Shown in pieces: positions 13,244 through 26,977 of a stretch of DNA of 64,000 nucleotides; position 1 is the stretch's first letter, and the number at the start of each line of letters is the position of its first letter. Source of the DNA: Trichoplax adhaerens. Its lineage: Eukaryota > Animalia > Placozoa. Where the stretch lies: assembly GCF_000150275.1 (NCBI RefSeq), contig NW_002060962.1, forward strand, positions 985,205 through 1,049,204. The letters are read 5' to 3'. Both the position numbers and the translations under genes were made by a program. Under the pieces are notes generated by a model. It was given only the letters and a program-made list of their open reading frames with translations. It searched no databases and had not been told where the DNA came from.

Positions 13244-16200
13244 ATGGCTTTTTCTATGTATACAATCCAGTCTTTACTGGATAAGGTAATCAATGAGGAA
13301 TTGATGCTTTATTGAATGATGAAATTCAACAGTAGTTTCCATGACTTGCATTCACCGCCGTTGGCAAACATGCTTGTATAGCTTGCTGATTGTGATGATG
13401 TTGCATTAATCAATGAATCAATTAATGATGTTGTCCTTCATCATCGACTACCAAGCAACACCCAGATCATAGCAATGGGATAGTACTAGTCAATGCAATC
13501 TTTGATGATAACCTATAGCTTTACTTTGAAACATCATTGAGCTGTTGTAGACGATTCATCCTTTAGCCTACTGGCGCGTATTGGTACTTATAATGGACGA
13601 CATAGACGGTTACATGACATACGCCGTGTCCAGCAGTAGAATAACCTAACGAAATTCTTCTCTTTCTTTTCCTTGCATTCCTGTGTGCTTAAAACGGAAA
13701 TGATATCGATATGAGTTCATCTTGTCAGTTGGTACTAGTTTTCTATATACTGTACACCGATTCAGTAATTGGTCATTCGTTTTGATAATTTCATGAAGCA
13801 TGTTACTTAGCTTTGCCTGTAGAATACTCGCTCGACTATACGATACTATAGTGTGTATTGTAATGTATTGTAGAATCGAAGAGGGAAAGGTTTTAATTTG
13901 AACTTTAAGCGCAATATTAGTTGAAATACTATATTAACTTCATACTTACATGCAATCTGAAATCTCTAATGCAGATGAATTCTGTCGACAAAGATTATCG
14001 TTTTATGGCTACTAATGATTTAATTTCGGCACTGCAACACGAATATTTCAAGTTGGATGATGAAAGCGAAAAAAAGGTAACAATACACATTTCTATATGC
14101 CATCTTTTTCTTGTAACATGTTTCATCATTAACTAAAAACTTTTATTGCATTCTACTGGACTTGCTGATTAAAGTTAAATGAAACAGCATAGATATACGC
14201 TCTGTAAATGATTTCTTCCTTTGTATGGGATAATTAGGTTGTAAGTACTGTCATGCGTTTACTTGAAGATAAAAATGGAGAAGTTCAAAATCTAGCTGTT
14301 AAATGGTTGGTAGAAATTTTAAAGGAAATGACTACTTTCTAATACTTAACTTGCAAATCACCCATAATGAGCTATACTCTATACTGGCACCCAGTGTACA
14401 TGTGTTGATTTATACTACTGTATACTGTACTTTAGCAGGAATAGATGGTAGCGATGTTGTGCACTCGCACATACAAGGTTGCATACTGTGCAAATTGTAC
14501 AAATTATATCGTACATTATACTTGAAGCATGCTAAATTCTAAACTTAGTGACGTAGGGACTATTACAAAAAATCTGTTACAGATTGTTTAAAATTTTACT
14601 AAAAGATATATTAGTTAAATCAAAATTGTAAATATTTCCATCATGGAGTAGAAGTTTCTTTGTTTAATAGCTTCTTTGATTTGCTATTGCAGTCTGGGTT
14701 TACTTGTGACTAAAGTAAAGGAGAATTATGTCGAACAAATTGCCAATAGCCTATGCGATGGTATGAAGTCAACTTCAGAGCAATTGCGTGATATCTCCAG
14801 CATTGGTAAGCTAGTAAATAAGTACTAAGATATTTATCAAGGCAACAAATATTAAAATTATCATATTCCGGATATCAATGCAATTGTAATGGAACAACTA
14901 GTACTAATGACGACAATTATATGGCATGCAGGTTTAAAAACAGTCATAGCAGATATTGCTTCTCAAACTCAGTTAGCGGTCCTCCTTTGCAAATTGATTG
15001 TATCTCGCCTTCTTTCCGTTATTCCAAGGGTAAAAATCTTATATCATTATAAATGTGTTCTTTGTATCAATAGATTTAGGATAAGTTACTGTATTGTTGC
15101 TACATCTTAAGCTAATTTTAATTCTTACCGAATTTTATATATTGGTATGAATACAGGCTCAAGACCCTTCGGTACAACTTGAAGCTCTAGATATCTTAAG
15201 TGATATCTTAAAGAAATATGGTGGTATGCATACTTTAACCAGCAAATCTAGTCTTTAGGTTGTACAAAAACCCATTTGAATTCAAATTAAAATTATACAC
15301 GTTTTAGGACTTTTAGCCGATCACCATTCCAACGTTCAAGATTGCTTAATAGCTCAAATGACCAGTTCTAGACTAGCTGTCCGTAAAAGGGCAACTATTG
15401 CATTAGGTAAAGTATTTTACACCAATGATTACTATTATTTTGACTTAATTTATATTTGTAGCTACTTAGTGACATAGTTTCGAACTTTGAAAAAGTATAT
15501 AGTATTAGTGTTAGTATTAAAGCATGACGATATGACTGTTTTTCGTTCTTGATACTGGTACAATAGGACAACTGGTGATCTGTAACAGCAATTCTTTGTT
15601 TGTTGAATTAATGCGATACATAATTGGTGAACTGAATCAGAATCGTTCTTTATCAACCACCAGAACTTATGTACAATGTATTGCTACTATTAGGTAGGCA
15701 TCACTATTTTCGCCTAAATTTTATTTCATTCAATGAACTAATTTTTTCGGCGGTCTTTTCAATTTTATTCAACCAATTCACAAGTCGACAGGCAGGCCAT
15801 AGAATCGGAAATTATGTTGATACTCTCATGCCATTGCTATTTTCCTTTTCCATGCAACAGGATGATGACGAATTTAGGGATTACTGCTTACAGGTATCTT
15901 TGCTATCATTTCATGACCATGCTAGATATCGCTTATGCTATTGGTAACATTGTCGTAATACGTTTCTAACCAAGGCTCTAGAGTCGCTAGTTCTACGATG
16001 CCCGAAGGAAGTTACTCCTTATGTTATGAGGGTCTGTAATATACTGTACTATATACACGTATTAATCAGAATTAGCGCTTAGCAGCGGGGCTACATGCGT
16101 TATGATGCTTCAAATTGCTCTTTATTATAGATTGTCCAAATCTGCTTGGAGTATCTGAAATACGATCCTAATTACAATTATGATAGTGATGATGAGGATA

Positions 16201-19200
16201 TGGAAGACGAATCTGACGCTGACGATGATGATGAGTATGCAGTACTCTTGAAGTGTTGTTGTTGTAGAGCATTATGTAGTTGCTATACCAAATCACCTTA
16301 TCTTAAATTATCAACAGTCAAAGTCTAGATCATTTTTTTCCTTTTCTTAATTAGCGATGATGAAGGGGATTACAGTGACGACGATGATGTCAGTTGGAAG
16401 GTAAGCTTCATGAATACACATTCTGACCGACTGAACGATAGCGTTTGGTGGTCACTTTAAATTCTTTGATTGGAACTATCTTTTTTTACGATCTACGGTT
16501 TTTGATTGGATAAAAATAAAGCTGTTGTTGTATTCTTTCAGGTTCGACGAGCAGCATCTAGATGTATTAATGCAGTAATCAGATCTCGACCGGAATTGTT
16601 GTACGATTTTTATCGAAATGTTTCTCCAACTCTTATATCTAGATTTAAAGGTTAACGTTATTTCAGTTTACGCTCTCGATTCGTTTTATGAAGAGTTTAG
16701 TCAAATAGTTATTAACATGTTTTAAAAAATTTGTAGAACGAGAAGAAAATGTTAAGAGTGACATCTTTTCTGCCTATGTTACTCTGTTACGACAAACAAG
16801 AACTCTGGCTACCGTAGAAACTAGAACCGATGCTATGGATGAAGATGGGTAAATATACAGAAGTAGTGCTAAAACCTGTTGATATTGAGTGAAACTTAGA
16901 TACTCAGATGTATAAATACAAGTTGTTATAATATTTCTTTTTTACCAAAATATTTTGTCATAATTCAATATATTTGAGACAGTAAGGTATTTATGATCTA
17001 GGACTTATATATGCTATCGCCACCTTTTTCTTTTTTTATTATAGTAATGTCACCACAAATCAGAGTAGTAGATTAGTTAAAGATGATAAAAGGTGACTTT
17101 ATAGACGTTGCATATCGCTATTATGATCTTTTATTTAAATGATAATTGCAAATGGAATTCATTACTAGAAATATAGACTTTGCTGACTAAAATAATACTA
17201 TAGCAAATTGTCTTAGTTGGTAAAAGTGTAGAACCGCTCAAATGATGGTTTATGTTTTTCACAGTCCCAATAGCATGCTACAAGGACAAATTCCAAGTAT
17301 TGTGAAGGCACTCCGTAAAATTCTTAAGGATAAAAGCGTTAAAACAAGACAAGTGAGATTCATAAATTTTATGTAGTACAAGGCATTTTATATTAAGTAT
17401 TCTCCGTTCTCTGTTGTTTTGTTTATTATTGACAGGGCTGCTTTAGCGTATTGTCAGAAGTTTGTCAAGTTTTGTATGGAGCCCTTAACGATCATATGAC
17501 CTCAGTAATGCCTGGCATAGTTTATTCTTTAAGGTATATTGACGGCTTGGGTTGATTGAGGGTTCAAAGTCTTTCAAATTAGTTACTGATAAAACTCTAA
17601 TTTATGTTCATTTAGTGACAAGTCATCAACATCAAATATGAAGATAGATACATTGTTATTTCTTCAATGCGTTCTAACGCATCACGAGGCCAACGTCTTT
17701 TATCCTCACATCGATGTTTTGGTACCGGTAAGTTTCATCCCAAAGTCGTTAGCATACTTACTAGCGTATGACTAATTATAAAATGATTAATGGTATATTA
17801 CTTACTTTTTGGTAAAAGCTGGTGATAGATAAAGTATCGGATATGTTTTATAAAGTTATTTCCGAAGCCCTGTTCGTATTACAGCACTTAATAAAAATTA
17901 TGAGACCACTGGGTAATTATACTTAAGTAATACGATTTATGGAATATGCTTTGTAAAGAAATCGATCGATGTGCTAATATTGTTTTGACTACCACATAAT
18001 AAAAGTGCCTATTTTTTTCTATCTAAAGATGGTAATAAGCAAAGTTTAGCTAGGTACGACGTACATGCGCGAAATATCTACAAATCTACCGTGGCTAGGT
18101 TAGAGACTACAGATATTGATCAGGAAGTGAAAGAAAGGGCAATAACGTGCATGTAAGTTTGTAAACTACGGAAATTTTTGTCATAATTGAATCATTTTAT
18201 CAGTAAGGATCATCGGACAAGGATAGCATCATAATGCTGATATTTGATATATAGGGGTCACCTAATTAGTAATATGGGGGATATCTTACCGTCCGAATTG
18301 AAAAGTTGCTTACCGATATTGGTGTCTAGACTTCGTAATGATAGCACACGCTTATGCACAGTGAAAGCTCTTACGACCATGGCTAAGTAAAGGGAGAAAT
18401 AAATTTTTTATCGATAAATTATCTTTGTTTGATTTTGCCTTTATTTTTGGTTCATTTAGTTCGCCACTCAACCTTGATCTAACGATGATATTAGTATGTT
18501 TTACATTTTGATGTTATTGTTTACTATATTATAGCATTCTATTGTTAGTAATTTGTTATCGTACTTCACTAAATTAACGGTTGGTCTTTCATGTATTTTT
18601 TAGCCTGAATCTATCCAGCTGCTATCATCGTTTTTAAGAAAAAATAGTAGAGCTCTCAAACTTTCTAGCTTAACGGCTCTCAACATACTGATCCAAAAAT
18701 TTGGTCAGTTATAGGATTATTTCAAAAATCTAATGTGCAAACATTATCGAATATCTCGAGCTGTTTTTAAAAGGCATTAGTCTGTTTTTATTGTAGGGCG
18801 ATTAATGAATGACCAACTTTGTGATAACGTCTTTTGTGAAATTCCATCGCTTATTAACGAAAGTGATTTGCATGTCTCACAAGTAGGCGAAATACCGTAG
18901 TATTATCGAAATGAAAACCATAATTGCATCTTTATGCTAAAGTGCGTTTATTTATTTATCAGCTTACGTCAGAATTGATCTCTACATTGATTCAAATTAA
19001 TCCAAATTCATTCATGAAGGTGACTGCTTCAATATATAGTTTTCTTTTTACTTTGGTTGAAGATTATAATAACATTAAGTTTATGTATTCGACATAGCAT
19101 CGAGATATCATATTAAAGGAGGTGTTGGTATTACTGAAATCTCCGTTACTACAAGGTGCTGTAAAATTATAATTTAGAAATTCATGTGAGATCTTATGCA

Positions 19201-22151
19201 GCTAGTGAGTCGTTGCGATGAATATATGGTTATTTAATCTTGTAGGCGGTGCTTTGAATGCGCTTTTGGGCTTTATTTGTCAAGCTATTAGAAATAAAAT
19301 TCCTAAAATGAACCCAAATGAAGTTCTCCAAGTAACTACAAGCATGCAGATGTAATTGATTGATATCTTTAAGATGACATCTTTTAGAATAATTCTCTAT
19401 TAATTAACGATCGGTAGATGCTTACACACCCAATTTACTATCCTGAATCTCAAGGCCAAGGCTCGTTAGCAATACATAAGCAGGTAAATTCTAAGATCGT
19501 AAGCGGGTGAATGTGAAAGTAATTGATTCTGATGACGAATACCTTCATCATCATTGATGTTTTCTTTATAGGCTTTTTACTCAGTTGCCAAATGTGTTGC
19601 TGGCATCATTATGGAGTCATCGGATCTAAGTACAACTGTTGTTCAACAACTAATTCGAGACCTTGAAGTAAGCTCTCTATTCATAGCCGCACGAATCAGC
19701 CATAGCATTGCGTGCGATCATTATATATTTTGTTGGGCAATTTTCTATTCGTTAACTTCTGTATTCATTAAATTTGCAATTTATAAAAAAATGAACTGGA
19801 CGCATAGAGCGCTTCTTCATCGGTATCGGTCAAAATGTTTACATTGCTTGCATTGGGCGAAATTGGACGAGTAGTGTAAGTATTTAAATTTGAATCAACT
19901 AATAGCGTTAAACTACTTCAATATTTTTGCTGTTGTGTCTGATTAGGAACATGAGTGCATTCCAAAATCTTAAATCAGTAATAACATCCGCTTTCTCGTC
20001 GTCATCTGAAGAAATTAAATCTGCCGCATCCTTTGCATTAGGTAAGGATTGAATTGTAACTACCTTGTCAATTTACTTGATATGACAGATCTGGAATTCA
20101 TGTTAAATTTAAATCCTTCTTATTTAGGCAACATTGCAGCTGGTAATCTTGCGGAATATTTACCTTTCATATTTAAGGAAATTGAAAGCGAATCTAAGAA
20201 GCAGTACCTTTTATTGCACTCTTTGAAAGAGGCAAGCGCTAAAATTTATATTTTCACTGATATAAAAATTACACTTTAAACTGATTCGCATGTCGATTGC
20301 ATTTTATCACCTTTCAGATTATCGTTTGTCAATCCTCACATTCGGCAGCCGTGCAATCACTTGCTCCATATGTTTCCACTATTTGGTATACAATAACCCT
20401 ATTTTTAACTGATATTTATGGCTAGATTCCTAATAAGTAATTACTCTTGTAGGAACTTACTATTCCAAAGTTGTGAAAAAGCGGGCGGCGAAGGAATTCG
20501 AAACATGGTTGCGGAGTGCTTGGGCAAACTAACCATTTTGGATCCAGAAAATTTACTGCCAGATCTACATGTAGGTTACTTTGATTATTCAAAAGCATTT
20601 TTATTCATCAAATCTAAAAGATGCTTGCTTATTTATATCCGTTATTTCATGTTAGAATCATTTGGCGTCTAATTCATCCTTCGTTCGCTGTACCGTGGTA
20701 AATGCTGTGAAATTCGCGATATCTGAGCAGGTAATAATTTCAATTTTTCAATGTTTCCGTAGAATAGATTACGGCGACTTTGCTTATATCATTAAATAAC
20801 TACGACCGTTCGTGTATGATAATTTTACTTCATAGCATCATCAAGTCGATTTGAAACTTAAACAATATATGGGAGATTTTTTAAAGTCACTTGAGGACAC
20901 TGATCCGGTAATTATAATGAAAAGGTCATTGCATACTGTTGACGTTGTATATATATGGTAGCTAATTGCTATTATGTTTTAGAATGTCCGACGAGTGGCA
21001 CTTGTAACGCTAAATTCGGCGGCCCATAATAAACCTTCTTTAATTAAAGATATGTTGGATGTCATTCTTCCAAGCTTATATGATAAAACTATTATCAGGG
21101 TAATCCTACATTTCATTGGGGTATTTTGTTTTTGGTCATGTCATGCTTAGATAAGGTTATTTTTACATTGCAGAAAGATATGATTCGTGAAGTTGAGATG
21201 GGTCCATTTAAGCATACAGTCGATGACGGCTTAGACATTCGAAAGGTACGCTACTGTTTGTATATGATTGTGCTTTAGTGGAATAGTTTTTATTCGGATT
21301 GACTCATGTTATATCTGTATTGATGCTGCATAGGCCGCTTTCGAATGTATGTATACCTTACTGGATACTTGCTTAGATAAATTAGACATATTTCAATTCC
21401 TCAATTACGTTGAAGAAGGCCTGAAGGATCACTATGACATCAAAGTCAGTATTCATGAAGTTATTACTTGCTATTATAAAATTTCTTAATTTCGTGGTAC
21501 AGAATCGATTGGGTTTAAGTTGTACAGACCGTTCATGCAATATATTTGTCGGTTTAATATATAGATGTTGACCTACCTCATGCTTATTAGACTAGCAACT
21601 CTGTGTCCGAATGCGGTTCTCCAACGTAAGTTGCGAATTTAGATTAACATTCGCTATAATCTGGAATAGATTTTCCTTTTTTTGCTGTGATATTACTTGG
21701 CTATCTGAGAAATTTTATGCCTTATTTGCATTAAAAATTTCGCTGTAGATAATAAATTGTCTTAAATTCTATGTTTGCACCATATATAGGCTTCGATAAA
21801 ATATTGGATCCTTTAAGAGCTACAGTTATGGTTCAGGTTAAGGCTTTAGCAGTGAAACAAGAGTTCGAGAAGCAAAATGAATTGAAAAGATCCGCACTTC
21901 GAGCGTTGACATCATTGATGAAGATACCCGATAGTGGTAACGAAATTTATAATTGTCAACAGAATTGCCGTTAATAAATTAATAGTAGTGCTTAATTAAG
22001 TTGTAATGCTTTTATTTATATAGATAAATCTTTGCAATTAAATGAATTCCTGCAGCAAATCAACAGTAATCCTGCAATTTCTAGTATGTTTGAAACTATC
22101 AAGAACGATGAAAGTGGAAGTGGGACATTTATTCATACAGACTTTAAATAA
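13244..22151 (+). CDS. CAND1: Cullin-associated NEDD8-dissociated protein 1 (HEAT-repeat SCF exchange factor); roughly 40 exons
   Basis: Exon 1 [14 protein letters not shown], then [118 protein letters not shown] and [14 protein letters not shown]. Stop TAA at 22149-22151. Confidence 0.97.
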
Positions 22152-23416
22152 TTAACATTACTATTAAGTGATAGTGATTTTTTGAAAAGTTCGATATTAA
22201 TTTTAAGCGATCAGCTATTAATTATGTATCACATTTGAGCACTTATTGCATAATGGTTAGTGCCTTGCGTTTGGTGATTACCATGTGCAGTAAAATCGCT
22301 ATGGGTAAACCCTTTAATTAATAGCTAACAAAGCTGAATTGCCAACGTATAGGCTTTCAGCTGTAGATTAGCATACTGTACAGCATCGCGTTGTATGCAT
22401 AAGTTCTACTTTCGTTAACGTTCCTTCATAGTTGTCAGAGAAATATATCAGTTGAAGCTGTTAATTACTGCCTGTTAAGTTTATTGACTCTGGCTTTAAA
22501 CATTTTCATAAGTTGATAATAAAAAAGGATATTGCTATTGATTTTATTCTCTCTTATCTTTCTGGACTTAGTCCTTACCTTGCGTTGATACGATCGCAAA
22601 TTTAAGGGGTTGCAATTCTAAATCAAACTAACTTTGCTATCTCAATAATGTATTTGAAATTATCTTATTGAAAGCATACTAAATAGAAGGACAATCTCTT
22701 AAGTTGGGCGAATGAAAAACTATCGAAAATAATCATTTTCCAGCTAGTTTTTGACTTTTCTGTGAAGGACTGTGATACTATGCTACGTACGAAGTACTTC
22801 TATAGTTTTGCTTACTCGGAATGGTTGTATTTTAGTATTGTGGCTTAATGTATGATTGAATAGCGTGCAATTATCTTTCGCTTCTTACGTAATGCTTATA
22901 TAATCAAGGTAGAAATCATAATTGTACAGTTACATTTAATTGTACACGCTAAGCTTGTTGTAGGTTTTGCGTGACGATTTTAGCTACTATTATCTATTTC
23001 ACTAACTTAAGAAAGAGTGTGCAAGCGTTTAAAGCACATTTAGTTGTTTATTTAACCTAATATTCAGAGACCGATCTCCATGAAAGAATAGGTGATATTA
23101 GAATACTAACATATTAGAATACTAACAAGGTAATCTATTATTACATATCTGATAGTTAGGTAGCCTAACTCAGGCCTGTGCCAGGGATATTATCACTACT
23201 CATCAGCAGGATAGTAACAATTCTTATCAACTATAGAAAAACAAACGGCAAAGGTACAATTCATTTCATTTATCTCCATAGGAGTTATAGACATATTGAG
23301 CACTGGCATTATTATCAATTTGATTATTATTACTCATAAGAGGAACGCTAGAAGTAATCAAGGATTAAATGCTACAAAATGATGGTAAAATGTGCACTCC
23401 AACATTGACCCTCGAG

Positions 23417-25380
23417 TTACTTGTCTTGAATTTTCTCTTTGAATTCCTGAATTTTTTGGTCATGTCGATCGATAGCATCTTGATGATGTTTCAGTTCTTC
23501 TTCATGAAATTTTTTTATATCATGGAGCTTTTGTAGCTGTTCTTCTTGCTATAAAAATATATTGAGACTTACTATTTTGCTTGCCACTCTCGCAATGAGC
23601 GAGACTTTTAGACACGGCATGTATCCATGCTGCTTACGTATTACGTAAAGAAATAAATAAATGCTACAAAACTTACTAATTTCCTAAAGTACTGATCCTC
23701 CTGCGCTTTTTCTTTCTTACCAAACGATCCACCAGCGTCTCTATAACAAGATTGAATTACTCAATTTACTCATATTGCGTTTCTATCAAAATCTTAACAA
23801 TCATAGATACGCGTAATGACAGTACTACATATAAAATAAGCATCAATGATTGAATAAATTGAAGCGAGGCTTCTGACAAGCCATTTCTTCGATACTTTAA
23901 TTTAGTAACGGATTCAATTTGCTACTCTATTTTTCATTTATAAAAATTTTTAGCTTGATTGATGATTGAGTATTCAAAAGTTATAAGTCATCGTTAATGC
24001 ATTTGAATAGGATTTAGTACATTCTAACAACTGTTCCTATCAAAGATTCAAGATAGGCAAATGACATTAGTCACAGATCCATTGCAAACTGATCAATTTA
24101 CCAACATAAAGGAACCTAGATTAGGTAAAAGACACTGTATAATACAACGATTCTTTAGTGATTTATTGTTTCTAAAAACACTCGACAATTACAGTTGATT
24201 CTGGTTGTACACACGCGTACGCTAATTAATTCTCGAAGTCTACTTGCGGATATTGATTTCTATGGCGTGCAGCTACTATATTTCCACTATTTAGAGCATT
24301 AAATAGTACTGTACATATACATAAGTATGTACTATAGTTGATTAAGACATTGCACTCCTGCTATAATTACAGAAATTGCTCTAGATTATAAACTTACACA
24401 GGCATAACTATCGTAATCTACATTTTATTGTCAATAAAGCGTAAGATAACATGATTTTGATAAACAAAAATAATTGATTTAATTGCCTATTTGAACAGAA
24501 GAATGCAATAATGCTGTCATTGCGATCTTATTTTCTCATCCATTGCACGTATGTTGGTTAATGTTGTACGCAAATTTGTTATTCATTCAATGTATTTCGA
24601 AAGCTAACCTGATCGAGCCAGCTTGTCGATCCTAGAAAGAGTAAGTTACAATCATGATAATTAGTATACCTTGTATGGTTTGTGGAATATCATATTGCAA
24701 TTCATATATAAAAATTTGATCTCACTTAAAAGCAGTCAGTGAAATGCTCTTACTGCTCCATAATACAGTATAATAAAAGGTGACAATTAGTGCAAGATAG
24801 AAAATGATCAGTAGAACCTAAACTATTTATTCATAACAGCGAAGCATTTAAACATGAGCGTTATAGTCAAAGTTTATGACTAAACACTGTCTTATAGGCA
24901 AATTATTTGAAAGTCTAAGAAAATGTTGTAAGAAGCAAAAGTTCGAGGATAGAATAACTGAATGCTTATAAAACTGGGCTGTTGTCGATAGAAGATACAC
25001 GATGATGATCCAAAACTTAACAACAATGCTAACAGATCACGGTATAAGTATACGACTGAAAAGAGAAATAGCATTTGCTTGAGGCATGGTATCTTTTTCT
25101 ACCAATATCATCCTGGAGAAGATTAGAATTTCAGTAGAATAGCAGCATATACTGTATTATAACCGTGGAATATGACAGTATCCATTCATCATCATCGTCT
25201 ACCATTGCTATCAATGTTATTATCCATTTCTAGATTCGCTAGCAGACCGATTTGATGGATTATCAATAGAATGATTACCTGACTATAGGCCCTGGATTGG
25301 AGAGCAGCAGCAGCAAAAGTTCGATAGCTAGAGGTCCTAACAGCAACAGAGGCCAATCGCCTGGATACTAAGGATGCCAT
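23417..25380 (-). CDS. ATP5IF1: Mitochondrial ATP synthase inhibitory factor 1 (106 aa); 4 exons including a 23-nt microexon
   Basis: Exons 25279-25380 (Arg/Ser/Ala-rich presequence MASLVSRRLASVAVRTSSYR...), 24609-24631 (DRQAGSIR), 23677-23740 (DAGGSFGKKEKAQEDQYFRKL) and 23417-23548 (KKFHEEELKHHQDAIDRH...). They total 321 nt in frame and match the IF1 motif GSIREAGGAFGKRE. Confidence 0.93.
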
Positions 25381-26977
25381 AACTGAAAATATCACTGCTA
25401 ATACGCAAAATTTGGCTGGTAAATTGGATGAAAGTGGATGCGGTAAATAATTTAAAATATATAAAACTATACTAGTATTGATGGACTATTTAATGACTAA
25501 TGACTACGGGCAGATAGATGTACAGACTGATCACGTAAGCTTTATAAAATGTATTTCCTCTATAGTAAGATTTTGGACAAGTCTCTGCTCAAGGTAGTAG
25601 AATTAATTTTAATTATACTAGCGATCTCTACTGAAGTGGACAGCCACCAGCCATGGGCCACTAAAATAGCACAAATGCTACCTAGAATTGGATAAAAGTA
25701 TTTAATTTTAGCGGCCCAATGGTACTGCCACAGCGTCGAGGTACAATCGATTTTAAAAACATGGCGATCTAGCCTTGTCACTGCTTTCATAATCCTGTAA
25801 AATCAATCTATTCCCACTACCTATCTTCAACTTGAAATAGCAGGGTAAAATGGTTGTCAAATCATATCATCTTCTAGATAGCATTAAGATTACGATAACT
25901 ACAATTTAATGATTGGTTATGGTGGTATTTTCGCCATCTATTTGACCCATATTAGGAGCAAGGATGCAAAAAGGTAATATTACATCAGCGGCAAGGAATT
26001 TACCAATTTGCATAGCTAACATGTTTTGCATATTTATTATTTACGTGTCTAGAATCTGCTGTACTCTGCTCAAAATTCAACATTGAATTCAATTGGAGAT
26101 TGACTCCTTGGTTATCATTTTAATCATGGATTGCAAATTTAAATCGAATGGAAACTTGCAGTAACTCAGCACTGAATTCATCCTAGTTAAAAAATGGAAT
26201 GCCAGTGCTGACCGTAATTCATTATTGAGTTGTTGACTAATCCCCTGCTGGGCTTCCCGTGTCTTTTTCTAATAATATCGTGCAAGGATTTGGTCATGGA
26301 CTACTCGAAGAAGTGGAACAACCCTCGTTTACTAAAATTATAATTACTAGTAGTAGTCTCTGGCCTCAGTTAACACTAGCTATACCGCTAGTACAGTGAC
26401 TAAAAAATGCCCAAATTAAAAGACTATAGTCGTCGATATTGATTGTTGACATCGCTGCCGACCGTCCATGTCCATATCCATACGCTTGTAGTAGTGTACT
26501 AATGGATACTCCAATCATCGGCATATATAAAAGCAATCCTGTTGTCTAGAGCCAACAAAGAATTGAAATCTTTTTATCCCCTAGGCAGTCTGCGATGATG
26601 AATGCACGAATAATTAATAAGAAAACCTCATTAACATACTAACTACTGTAAAAGAGTAATCCGAACTTGGTATAGCAGGCACAAAGAAACGAAACAAGTT
26701 TTCTAGCGGATTAGTTGGTTACTTGCGACCTATTGTCTTCCAACATTGAATTATATTTTAGCCTTGTTATTTACGAACTATAGTTGAACAAAATTAGGAT
26801 AGTAAAGCCTAATTACTATCGTTAGCATAGTCTTATAACTTGGAGTTTATAGTAGAGTTTCTTGGGGACGACTGCTTGACAATAAACCCAAGAGTGTACT
26901 ATTACAACGTTGGGTAGAAACCACTTCAATTCTAGTACTGCCATCAGGAAAACGCCAAATCCAAGGCGACAATAATC

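Noticed and set aside
13317-13389. C/D-box snoRNA-like ATGATGA...CTGA in CAND1 intron 1
   Set aside because: No terminal stem and no recognisable rRNA/snRNA antisense element; such boxes are common by chance in AT-rich DNA.
15894-15974. Possible U12-type intron in CAND1 (donor GTATCTTT)
   Set aside because: The donor deviates from GTATCCTT, and the branch-like TTTCTAAC lies too close to the AG; most likely an ordinary U2 intron.
23095-23127. 16-bp tandem duplication ATATTAGAATACTAAC
   Set aside because: Trivial slippage duplication in a 3' or intergenic region.
25080-25112. Extra ATP5IF1 exon after a good acceptor (ttctccag GATGATATTG)
   Set aside because: The available donors would shift the frame, and the four-exon model already gives a complete 106-aa IF1.
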